Assembly: GCF_006345805.1 (NCBI RefSeq)
Contig: NC_043002.1
Location: forward strand, 62,062,001-62,126,000
Reading direction: 5' to 3'
Source: Octopus sinensis
Lineage: Eukaryota
Length of the DNA stretch: 64,000 bases
Under the pieces are notes generated by a model, which saw nothing but the letters and a program-made list of their open reading frames with translations, was not told the DNA's origin and searched no databases. The translations under genes and the position numbers were made by a program. Positions 26,151 to 36,397 of the stretch are shown piece by piece; the first letter of the stretch is position 1; the number at the start of each line of letters is the position of its first letter.

Positions 26151-28664
26151 AATTTAAAAGAAAGAGGGTTTATATAATAACCTATACCTTGTACGGGTTA
26201 TTTATCCGCTTCATTTAGGTAATGAAGGGGAAAATAACAACATGACTGTCCAAAATCAAGATCTTTAGCGAGACACCATTTTTGGTATGAATGTACCTGC
26301 AATATTGATGAAAACATAGTATGATGCACAGCATCCCACCCATGAGGAACAGTTGCAGGATCGATCGAAACGTTCGTCGTAGAAAATATTATACCAACTC
26401 CATCTTCTGTTTACTTGACTGATTATTACACACACACACACAAACACACACGAAGAAGAGTCGATTATTTGGTTATTTAGTTCTGCTTCAATTGTTTCAT
26501 TAAGGGTTATTATTTGGATATAGACATGAAAGTTAGGTATGTAGTATGCACACCCTCAATAAGATTAGGAAATACGTTATGTGATTCCCAGCTCATCAGA
26601 CTTAGCATATCAACAAGCGAAGACTGACATGTTGGTGAATCAATAGCTTGTCAACAAGTGAAATTTTGAATCAGGATTACCAAGATTTAAGTAATACAAA
26701 TTGGTAGGACTACAATCTGTCAGTCACGGGAATACATAGCAGAAGAAGGTTGTAAATTAGAGAATAGTTAAATGACATAATTCTAAACGTACCCATAAAA
26801 ACTGATGCGCGCAAATCAAGCTTATATACCAGCGGGTAGCAGGTGCCAGAAATGATATTTGACCCTATCAAACTTTATTGAAATCGTTGCTGGTGTTTTA
26901 AAAAGACGTGTATTGTGTTTTATTTGATAATTACATCAAAGGAGCGATATTGTTAATAAATTCCATCGTTATTTATTTATTGACTTAATTCTTCTTGATT
27001 AAAGGGCTCCGATTAATTATTGCAGAACTAAAAGAATATTAAATTTAATTAAGGTAGATTCAGCTAATCACTATTCAAGGACAATAATTTAAAGAAATGA
27101 AACGCAGAGAATAGGGATGGCCTCAATGAAGTTTGGGAGAAGAGGGAGCGAAAAGGAGACGAAAGAAAACGAAAAAGAAAATAATTAATATATAGAGATA
27201 GCCATAATTACAGTGTTAGACACCATAAACTATACTTAATTAAATACTCAGAGAATAGGTTAAATCTAATAAAGAAAGTGGACAACACAGGTGACGGACA
27301 TTTAATCATTAATTCATCCGATGTATTAATATCACCCGTGCATTTTAATTGGAGTACTTTAATTAAGAGGAATTACATAAACGGTTAAGTAACGCTTGGA
27401 TTTATTAACCAAACTACCCGTTTGATGTATTAAAGAATATAAACACAAGAAGTTTTGTTTTTTTGTTTTTTTGAGAACAACTTCAGCAAAGATCTTAAGG
27501 TTTGAGATAGAGGGTCAAATGCCATTTTTTGTCACCAATTATTTGTTGGTATATAAGTATGTTTTGCTTATACCAGCTTTTATGAGTGATATAGCTAAGT
27601 TTAATGATACCATTCTGCACACAACCGTTAGTCTCAGCCACTTCACATTTCTTATATGTTGGTAGTTCTGATTCGAAATTTCACTTGTTGATAAAACTGT
27701 TGATTCATCAGCTTGTCAATAATATCTTGTATATTTGGTTGGCCTTAGGAGTTCGGAGTTTTGTAACATATTATATACCATGCATACTACCTACCTGAGT
27801 CTACCATGTTTTATGTCAATAAAGATTCACAATGAAATTATTGTAGCTGTACCTGATAATCCATTTAGCAGTTTCATTGTTTTTCTGCCACATTTACTGT
27901 TCATTCAGCGTTGGTTGCTACATCATTTGCGGATTAATATTCGACAGTCAACGTACCTTCATCGATGCATTTCCATGCTATGGTAAGGGATCCGCTTTAA
28001 TCATATCTATCTATCTAAACACATATTTATACTCATACACTTAATGTATTAAATGATAGTATCGAAGTGATTAAAGGTAAACTTCACAAAGGCCGGATTT
28101 GAACATAATACATAACAACAATTGGAAGAAATTCTGGTAAATATTTTGTCCTAGACTCTAACTATTCTGTTAGCTCGTCGTCTTAGGAAGAATAATAATA
28201 ATGATACGAGTCTGAACGTTGAGGAAGTACTTGAATTTCAAGCAAAAATAAATTGTACAGCCATTGTTCAGTCAACAATTAAAGAATCTCAAATTTCAAA
28301 ACTTTTACTTACACAATCCCAAAACACTACTAATTTTATGAAATCATTTGCTATCTGCCTAGTGACGAGTTTCAGTAAAATTTGTGCTTTCTCGTGATCT
28401 CAATCATCCGAACAAATGCAGTTATATTCATGTCAATGCATACATGTATGTAAATACGGATCTATGTATCCACACATGCATTCACATATGTATATATATA
28501 TATATATATATATCTTTGTTGCTTATTTTGATTGTAATTACTCCATTTTGAATTATATGGATAATACCATACTAAATTCTGGTGCCTTTAACTTGAGTAC
28601 CATATTGAACTGAATCTAAATTTTACTGAACTTATATATATATATATTTATATACATTCATACA

Positions 28665-28698
<34 letters not shown>

Positions 28699-29194
28699 CA
28701 TACATACATAAATACATACATACATATAGTATATGTATGTATGCATGTATATATATATATATATTGAATGGGAGTGAGCGAGAAATGGTGGTACACAGAC
28801 AAATAGTTATTTAGAAAGATGATATGCATGTTTCCATATCATATATGTATATGTATGTGTATATAGACATGTGTCTGTGCGTATTCAGTTATATATGAGT
28901 TTTACATGACTTCAAAACGAAGTTACACCCACATAGTACTGTCCAATAAATAACGGGCAAACGAAATAAATGTCTTCACGTGGTATAGTGTTTGCGCTTT
29001 GTATATCATCATGAAATGAGACTTTACCTAACTCCGTGGAATACTTATTTTTCTCATGTCTTTTCGCTCATTTCGAAAACCTGTTTATACTCTTTGATAT
29101 CCTTCTCAGTTTTGCCGAATAGTTTTTTCACTCTGACACCTCTAAAGTTTTTTGTTACGACTGCTTCCTATATAATTACCCCCATATATTTTGT

Positions 29195-29247
<53 letters not shown>

Positions 29248-29442
29248 TATATTCAAATATCTATATATATAGTGTCTGTGCTTGTGAAACCCCACTCACC
29301 GATTTACCACAGGTGTGGGTGTGTTTACGCCTCCGTAACTTTACGGTTTGTCAAAAGAGAGTGTTAGAATAACTACTAGGCTTTAAAAAATATGCCTCGG
29401 GGTTGATTTGTCGCAGCCAAATAAGTGAAAGAATATATTATG

Positions 29443-29472
<30 letters not shown>

Positions 29473-29473
<1 letters not shown>

Positions 29474-29631
29474 GTCATAAAGTAACAAGTATAGTATTAT
29501 TGGACGCTCAGGAAAGAAGGAGGGTTTAACGTTTCGAGCGGAGCTCTTCGTCAGAAACATAGGAAAAGGAAAGATCTAAGGAAGGAAAGACGGAGGAAAA
29601 AATCGCCAATGCTACACCACGCGATCACAAT

Positions 29632-29634
<3 letters not shown>
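29473..29634 (-). mobile_element. Short HHR-bearing element between (TA)n tracts (PLE pLTR-like)
   Basis: Contains the 35-nt hammerhead below; homologous to 32965-33085. Confidence 0.65.
29524..29558 (-). ncRNA. Minimal type I hammerhead ribozyme (35 nt)
   Basis: gttt-CTGACGA-a-gagc(tcc)gctc-GAAAC-GTT-aaac: 4-bp helix I, 4-bp helix II, intact core with an extra A after A9, and a palindromic AACGTT helix III. Confidence 0.75.
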
Positions 29635-29701
<67 letters not shown>

Positions 29702-29702
29702 A

Positions 29703-30017
29703 GGGCGCGTGGCTTAGTGGTTAGGGCATTCGGCTCATGATCGTAAGGTTGTGAGTTCGATTCCCGGCGACGCGTTGTGTCCTTGAGCAAGACACTTTAT
29801 TTCACGTTGCTCCAGTCCACTCAGCTGGCAAAATGAGTTGTACTTGTATTTCAAAGGGTCAGCCTTGTCACTCTCTGTGTCACGCTGATTATCCCCGAGA
29901 ACTACGTTAAGGGTACACGTGTCTGTGGAATGCTCAGCCATTTGCACGTTAATTTCACGAGCAAGCTGTTCCGTTGATCGTATCAGCTGGGACCCTCGTC
30001 GTCGTAACCGGCGGAGT
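29703..30017 (+). mobile_element. Full-length tRNA-derived SINE (family B)
   Basis: A box tggcttagtgg, B box gagttcgattccc, central gtgtccttgagcaagacacttta, tail cctcgtcgtcgtaaccggcggagt; inserted in (TA)n. Confidence 0.85.
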
Positions 30018-30052
30018 CTAAGAGATATATATATATATAATACATACATACA

Positions 30053-30086
<34 letters not shown>

Positions 30087-30662
30087 CATACATACTATTA
30101 AACCTTGAGAAGTTTATAGTTATTGATCAGTAGTGCTCAGGTTGGTATTTCTTTTAAACTTAAGTTCCAACGTTCAGATTTGTCCGAGATCTGCCCGAGA
30201 TGATTATGTAAGTGTTTGTATGTCTGTACGTGTGTATGTCTGTATGTGTGTACGTCTGTATATATATATGTATATATATATATATACACACATTGACAGA
30301 AGAGGTATATTCAAACGCATGAAAAATTTGGGATCGTTTGTTTCTAAAAATTCACCTGAGTTTGTAAAAAGTTGTTTTAGATTTATTTACATACATACCA
30401 AACTAGTTTCAATAATTTTTTTGTTCATCAATAGTATAAATGTATATAAAACAATGGGATTTTAAAAGAGCTTAAAATTATGAAGTAGAGATCGAACAAA
30501 CATACTTAAACGAACAAATGCACAAATAGATTTCAATGATATTCATTTATACTCTAGGTACAAGGCTGGAAATGTTTGGGGAAGAGTCAGTCGATAATAT
30601 CGACCCGAATATGCAACTGGTACATATTTACCGACCCCGAAGAGATAAAAATCAATCGACCT

Positions 30663-30728
<66 letters not shown>

Positions 30729-31177
30729 AGGGAGAAAGACAGATATATATATATGTATTCAAATTTCGGCATACTTAAGCACAATTTATGTTTTTATAAG
30801 AAACAGTTCTTTTATTTAACTGTTTCTAAAAAAGATAAAATTTTCCTATGTATGCTGACTTTTGAATCGTCCTTTATATATATATATATATATATAATTT
30901 CAACAATTGAGGGTAAAATTAATTAATTAATTAATTAATCAATTTCACCAAGTATTCAGTATGCAAAGGGACCATTTAAGGCAAATTCAAATTATTACAT
31001 TATATAAAAGGGCTTAGTAAAATAAATTACTTTGCCGCATACTGAACTCGTTAGAAATAGCAGCTAAAAAAACTATTTCTAACACTTAAAGAAAACCTCT
31101 CTCATATAGTGTTTGCTCAATTCAACTCAAGAAAGTATGAGGGTAGAGACATTAAAAAATCAAATGCAAAGGTTATT

Positions 31178-31230
31178 TGAGTACGTACGTTTCAAGATTA
31201 GCCAAAATCGACCCTTCTCTCATCAGCTCA
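31178..31230 (-). ncRNA. Type I hammerhead ribozyme (left arm of palindrome 1)
   Basis: Exact reverse complement of 31375-31427. Confidence 0.8.
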
Positions 31231-31374
31231 GAATGCCCTTGTTTGAATTTGAAAACACTGAAAATGGGAGCATACCCTTTCGGCTTGTTATCGCTTCTGA
31301 AGCGATAACAAGCCGATAACACCGAAAGGGTATGCTCCCATTTTCAGTGTTTTCAAATTCAAACAAGGGCATTC

Positions 31375-31427
31375 TGAGCTGATGAGAGAAGGGTCGATTT
31401 TGGCTAATCTTGAAACGTACGTACTCA
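31375..31427 (+). ncRNA. Type I hammerhead ribozyme (right arm of palindrome 1)
   Basis: tgag-CTGATGA-gaga(agggtcgattttggctaa)tctt-GAAAC-GTAC-GTA-ctca: canonical core, helix I tgag/ctca, palindromic helix III ACGTACGT, GUA cleavage triplet. Confidence 0.82.
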
Positions 31428-31599
31428 AATAACCTTTGCATTTGATTTTTTAATGTCTCTACCTCATACTTTCTTGAGTTGAATTGAGCAAACACTATAT
31501 GAGAGAGGTTTTCTTTAGTGTTAGAAATAGGTTTTTAGCTGCTATTTCTAACGAGTTCAGTATCGGCAAAGTAATTTATTTTACTAAGCCCTTTTATAT

Positions 31600-31649
<50 letters not shown>

Positions 31650-31823
31650 ATATATATACTATATATATATATATATATACTTATATACATATATTATATA
31701 TATATATATATATATTAATACATAACTATATATATATATATATATAATATATATATAGTTATAAAACATTATTGGTGAATTGAAGAAATGGAGCTGAACG
31801 CAGATTGAACAGAAATCGTTTTA

Positions 31824-31911
31824 TTTCATTCTACACGGTTTCGAAAGGCACAAATTACCAAAATCCGATTGAATAATGGGACCATATTCTGTCTTTCTCT
31901 TCAGGAAGAAA
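31824..31911 (-). ncRNA. Type I hammerhead ribozyme, slightly damaged (left arm of palindrome 2)
   Basis: Reverse complement of 32086-32174, but helix III has lost one A (GAAACCGTGTA) and helix II has an extra mismatch. Confidence 0.6.
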
Positions 31912-32085
31912 AAAGGAAATCCGTTGGAAAAACAAAAACAGAACAGAGGCGGAGCAAAAACAAATCGAACTGTGCTCCTAAGAGCCCATGGTGTTTCGCC
32001 ATGGGCTCTTAGGAGCACAGTTCGATTTGTTTTTTGCTCCGCCTCTGTTCTGTTTCTCTTTTTGTTTTTCCAACGGATTTCCTTT

Positions 32086-32174
32086 TTTCTTCCTGAAGAG
32101 AAAGACACAATATGCTCCCATTATTCAATCGGATTTTGGTAATTTGTGCCTTTCGAAACACGTGTAGAATGAAA
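32086..32174 (+). ncRNA. Type I hammerhead ribozyme with extended helix/loop II (right arm of palindrome 2)
   Basis: tttcttc-CTGAAGA-gaaagacacaa(...)ttgtgcctttc-GAAAC-ACGT-GTA-gaatgaaa: helix II about 10 bp with one mismatch, palindromic helix III ACACGTGT, helix I with one bulge. Confidence 0.8.
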
Positions 32175-32494
32175 TAAAACGATTTCTGTTCAATCTGCGT
32201 TCAGCTCCATTTCTTCAATTCACCAATAATGTTTTAATTTCAATTATCCGCACCAACGCACGGTTGCAACGCCAGATGGTTGTACCTCCAACCGTGCTGT
32301 TTACTGCTGTGATTTTTGCTACTAAGGTATCGGTTAAACTTTTGATTAATCTACTACAAGATTATTCATCTTTCTATTTCACATAAATTATATATATATA
32401 TATATATACATACATACATACATACATACATACATACGTATAGACAGAGGGAGCGAGAAGATAGAAAAAAGACAATTAATTTTTGAATTGAAAA

Positions 32495-32884
32495 AAGGCT
32501 GCGTGCTGGCAGAATTGTTAGCACGCCGGGCGAAATGCTTAGCGGTATTTCGTCTACCGTTACGTTCTGAGTTCAAATTCCGCCGAGGTCGACTTTGCAT
32601 TTCATCCTTTCGGAGTCGATTAAATAAGTACCAGTTACGCACTGGAGTTGATATAATCGACTTAATCCGTTTGTCCTTGTTTGTCCTCTCTATGGTTAGC
32701 CTTTTCTGAGTAGTAAAGAAATAGGCATTTCGTTAGTCTTTACGTTGTAAGTTCAATTCCGGCGAGGTCGACGTTGCTTTTTATCCTTTTGGGGTCAATA
32801 AATTAAGTACCAGTTGCATACTGAGTCGATCTCATCGACTGGTCCCCTCCCCCAAAATTTCGGGCCTTGTGCCTAGAGTAGAAA
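32495..32884 (+). mobile_element. SINE family A, full-length form with internally duplicated core
   Basis: Head aaggctgcgtgctggcagaattgttagc, two cores gttctgagttcaaattccgccgaggtcgac, tail gtgcctagagtagaaa. Confidence 0.9.
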
Positions 32885-32964
32885 TATATCTGTATATCAA
32901 CTCGTGTTTTCCTTTACAACCTTCTACATATATGTATATATATATATATGACCACTTGCCTATC

Positions 32965-33085
32965 GTTGGCGATTTTCTTTCTCCGTCTTCCCTTCCTTGG
33001 ACGTTTCCTTTTTCTATATTTCTTGAAACGTTAATTCCTCCTTCTTTCTTTCCTTTCCTGAGTGTCCAATAACACTATACTTGTT
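32965..33085 (+). mobile_element. Sibling of the 29473 element lacking the hammerhead core
   Basis: Aligns with the reverse complement of 29478-29610, but reads atatttct-tgaaacgtt where the other copy has gtttctgacgaagagctccgctcgaaacgtt. Confidence 0.7.
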
Positions 33086-33149
33086 CCACGTTCTGGCGTC
33101 GTTCTGTTTCTCTTTGTTCATGTTTGGATGAACTATATATGTATGTATG

Positions 33150-33205
<56 letters not shown>

Positions 33206-34157
33206 TATTGGCGACTAAAAAATACTTCACCTAAAATATGTTCTTTAGACTCAACTTAACATAGACACAGTGTTAGGATACAAAATGCTACGCCATTAAG
33301 CTTTAGAAAGCCTCTCATTTAGCCACTTGGTGCATTGATTGACACATAGTAGCAGAGAAAATACATCAGTCATGGGGAGCGGAATTCCCATATCACGTAA
33401 CTTCGGTGTATTGGACCGCCTCAGTGTGAAACACATGTCATTTCATGCCTGTGAAATCTTGCTACCACGATATATAGAATTTGAGGTCTATGTCGCTAAT
33501 AGGCAGCAGACGGAAAAACTCAGTCAGCCTTGGCATAGTTTGACCTTAAAACGTAAAAACGGAACAAATGTCCGCTAAAATTTTCCCCGGTATGTTGACG
33601 ATTCAGCGATTTCTCTTAACTTGTGAACAACCAAAGTTTAGCATAGTGAACGTGTTGGGCCGGTAGAATCATCAGCATGCTGGGAAAATGCTTAGCGGTG
33701 TTACGTCCATCAGATCAAAATATTCCAAGGTCGACTTTACTTTTCATCATTAAGCAGTCAACAAAATAATTATCAATTTAGTAGTAGGGACGAGTTAATA
33801 GATTCACCCTTTCCCCATGTGCCAATATTAGAAACTAATTGTGGAATAAATCCATGCCTGTATAACAAGTTGCTTTAGATTTATTGTAAAGTGAAGAATA
33901 ACACGGCTTACTTTGTTTCATTGTATACAAACATATTACCCGATATCACGGTAACGACCAGACATTTTAAAGTTATACACCACTGGTCACAATGCTTTTC
34001 ACATTAGTTTAGCTCCCGAATGATGCCAGCCTACACGCGCAGGGCAACATTTCCTTCGAACAGAAAGCTAGTCCGTCGCAGGGTTACCTCTTTACAAGAA
34101 CGTGAAAAATAAACACGTTTTATTCAAGGTTGTTGTTATAGTGCTCCTATTTCACGT

Positions 34158-34412
34158 TCAAGATGGAACAAAGTTTTTGTTTGTGAAGGTGCGATGATAT
34201 AGAGTCAAGATTTCGCAGCCATATAGCAAGATTGAAATAAACAACAGCTTTATAAATGTATAGACCACAATATTCGCTGTTAAGTGAAGCTCTTTGTTCT
34301 TGAGGACGTCTGTTACTAACTTTCCATATGCTACATGTGCTGCTCCAATTTTGTGTCCTACGTCCTTTTCTGAAGTGCTCTTGTTTGATGAAAGGCTGCA
34401 TTTAAATATCAA
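34158..34412 (-). pseudogene. RTE (BovB-like) LINE ORF fragment, post-RT region
   Basis: SLSSNKSTSEKDVGHKIGAAHVAYGKLVTDVLKNKELHLTANIVVYTFIKLLFISILLYGCEILTLY resembles the RTE motif D...RI..A..AFG.L...V.....L....K..VY.....LLYG.E.WTLY. Confidence 0.8.
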
Positions 34413-34865
34413 AAATCCTTTCCGCTTTCGAGAGGTCTATCCGATATGTTAACATCAAAACATGGAGTTGAAGGACTAAGAGCGAACAACATAAGAGTGA
34501 AGCGTAAAAAAACCGTCTAGCGATCGTGACTGCAGTATTAAGCCACTAAACCATTAAGCCACTAAACTAGTTGTGTATACATACACGCATATACGTGTGG
34601 GTGTATGTGTATGCATATGCGTGTATATATATATATATATATATATAGAAAGAGAGAGAGAGAGAGAGAAAGATAGATAGATAAATAGATAAATAGATAG
34701 ATAGAAGGACAAATATATATATGTATGTGTGTGTACATATAAGTATATAAGTATATATATGTGTGTGTATGCATGTATATGTGTATGTATACAGGCACAC
34801 ACACGGTGACACACATACACACACACATATATTATATATATATATTCATACACACATACATACAT

Positions 34866-34921
<56 letters not shown>

Positions 34922-35437
34922 ATATATATTCATACACACACACACACACTTTTATACGCACCCACGAACATAAAAGGACATATAGTTGTGTTTTACGCAG
35001 TACATTCAGCTGCCCATCGAACGATGTAAATCTGCTCATTTATTCAAACACACACACACACACACACACACATACATACACACGCACACACATTCACGCC
35101 CACTTTCATACACAGACAAACGAAAACATACACACGTGCAAACATAGTCACTCACGTACATATACTCAATGTTGACTAAAACACACAAGCAGTCGCACAA
35201 TGACATCCCACACACAGAGATTTGATGTTATAATAAACAACAAATATATTCCACCATTGTAAACGGCTGACTCTTGAGATTTTGCAATTTAGCAATGATG
35301 CGAGATAACTGTGGATTGCTATTGAATTAGAAGTTTTAGATCTATCGTTTGTCGTCTTGTCATCTTCCATCAGAATGTCCTTTCATTTGAATAAGCCGTA
35401 ACATATATGTCTGTAGAGTGTGTAAAGATATACGTAT

Positions 35438-35484
<47 letters not shown>

Positions 35485-36349
35485 GTAAGTGTATGTGCGT
35501 GTGCGTGCGGTGTGAGCATGTCTGTACATCCGTGTGTATGTGTTTAAGCGGAGAAAAGAGAGAAGAGCGTGGGATAAAGAGGGGGAGGGAAAGTACAATG
35601 AATAAGACCGTTATCACTACATACGCGCGTGAAGCTATGTATGTGTGTGTGAGTTCATGTTTTATTGTGTCTGCGCGCGGCTCTGTCGTCATTATCGATG
35701 GTCTGTTGTTTACGCAATATGGGTAGGACGAATCGGCAGGACCTAGCGAATCAGAGGGATACAACACGCTTCCTTTTCAGCTTTGTGGTGGTTTCTATAA
35801 CCGGATATCCTTCAAACGTCAACCACTTTTCACAATATACCGGCTGTTTTTACGTTTCACAGGGATTAGTGAATATCACCAAGTGACTGGCAAGAAAATA
35901 TCCTTGAATTAAACAAGGGCAGTACTATTGCAGTACTATCGTCAATTGATAATATAGGGGCAGACATAGGTACCACGATATCCATGTCTATTTATGTGCA
36001 GCTATTTCTCGCATTTCAGGCAAACATTGTTGATAAAATGAAACGGAGCTATTGCTATGTCGAATTCAATATTTCGTTGTATAAGTATTTTAATCTCACC
36101 AGTATTTTTTGTTTGTTTTTTTCTTTTTTTTTTTTACAAATATGACGACAATATTGGTGAGCGTCTAGATTAGAAGAGTGTATAGATTACAAGACAAAAC
36201 TTTAGACGTGTGCACTCTGAATTTGTTTCTTCACAACTTTCTGATAATTGAATATAATTTTACCTTAGCTTTATTACACTTCTTGTCATAACTGCGTCTT
36301 TGGAAGACAGAATGGACTACACAGAACAAAAGAATACACGTGGAATGGA

Positions 36350-36397
36350 GTATTGCTGAAGAGGTCACGGGATGTGTGACGAAAGATTTAAGACATA
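36350..36397 (+). ncRNA. Hammerhead-like core, helix I degenerate
   Basis: CTGAAGA-g-gtcac(gggatgt)gtgac-GAAAGATTTA; same family as 20107-20152. Confidence 0.5.

Larger units (their letters stand above)
31002..31599. repeat. Near-perfect ~600-bp palindrome (arms ~295 bp, centre 31298)
   Basis: The arms are reverse complements apart from about four single-base indels, one substitution and a 9-nt extra (ataacaccg) near the centre cttgttatcgcttc-t-gaagcgataacaag. Confidence 0.95.
31762..32236. repeat. Near-perfect ~475-bp palindrome (arms ~232 bp, centre ~31995)
   Basis: Centre cctaagagcccatgg-tgtttcg-ccatgggctcttagg. The arms differ by two substitutions, a 6-bp indel and two 1-bp indels. Confidence 0.95.
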
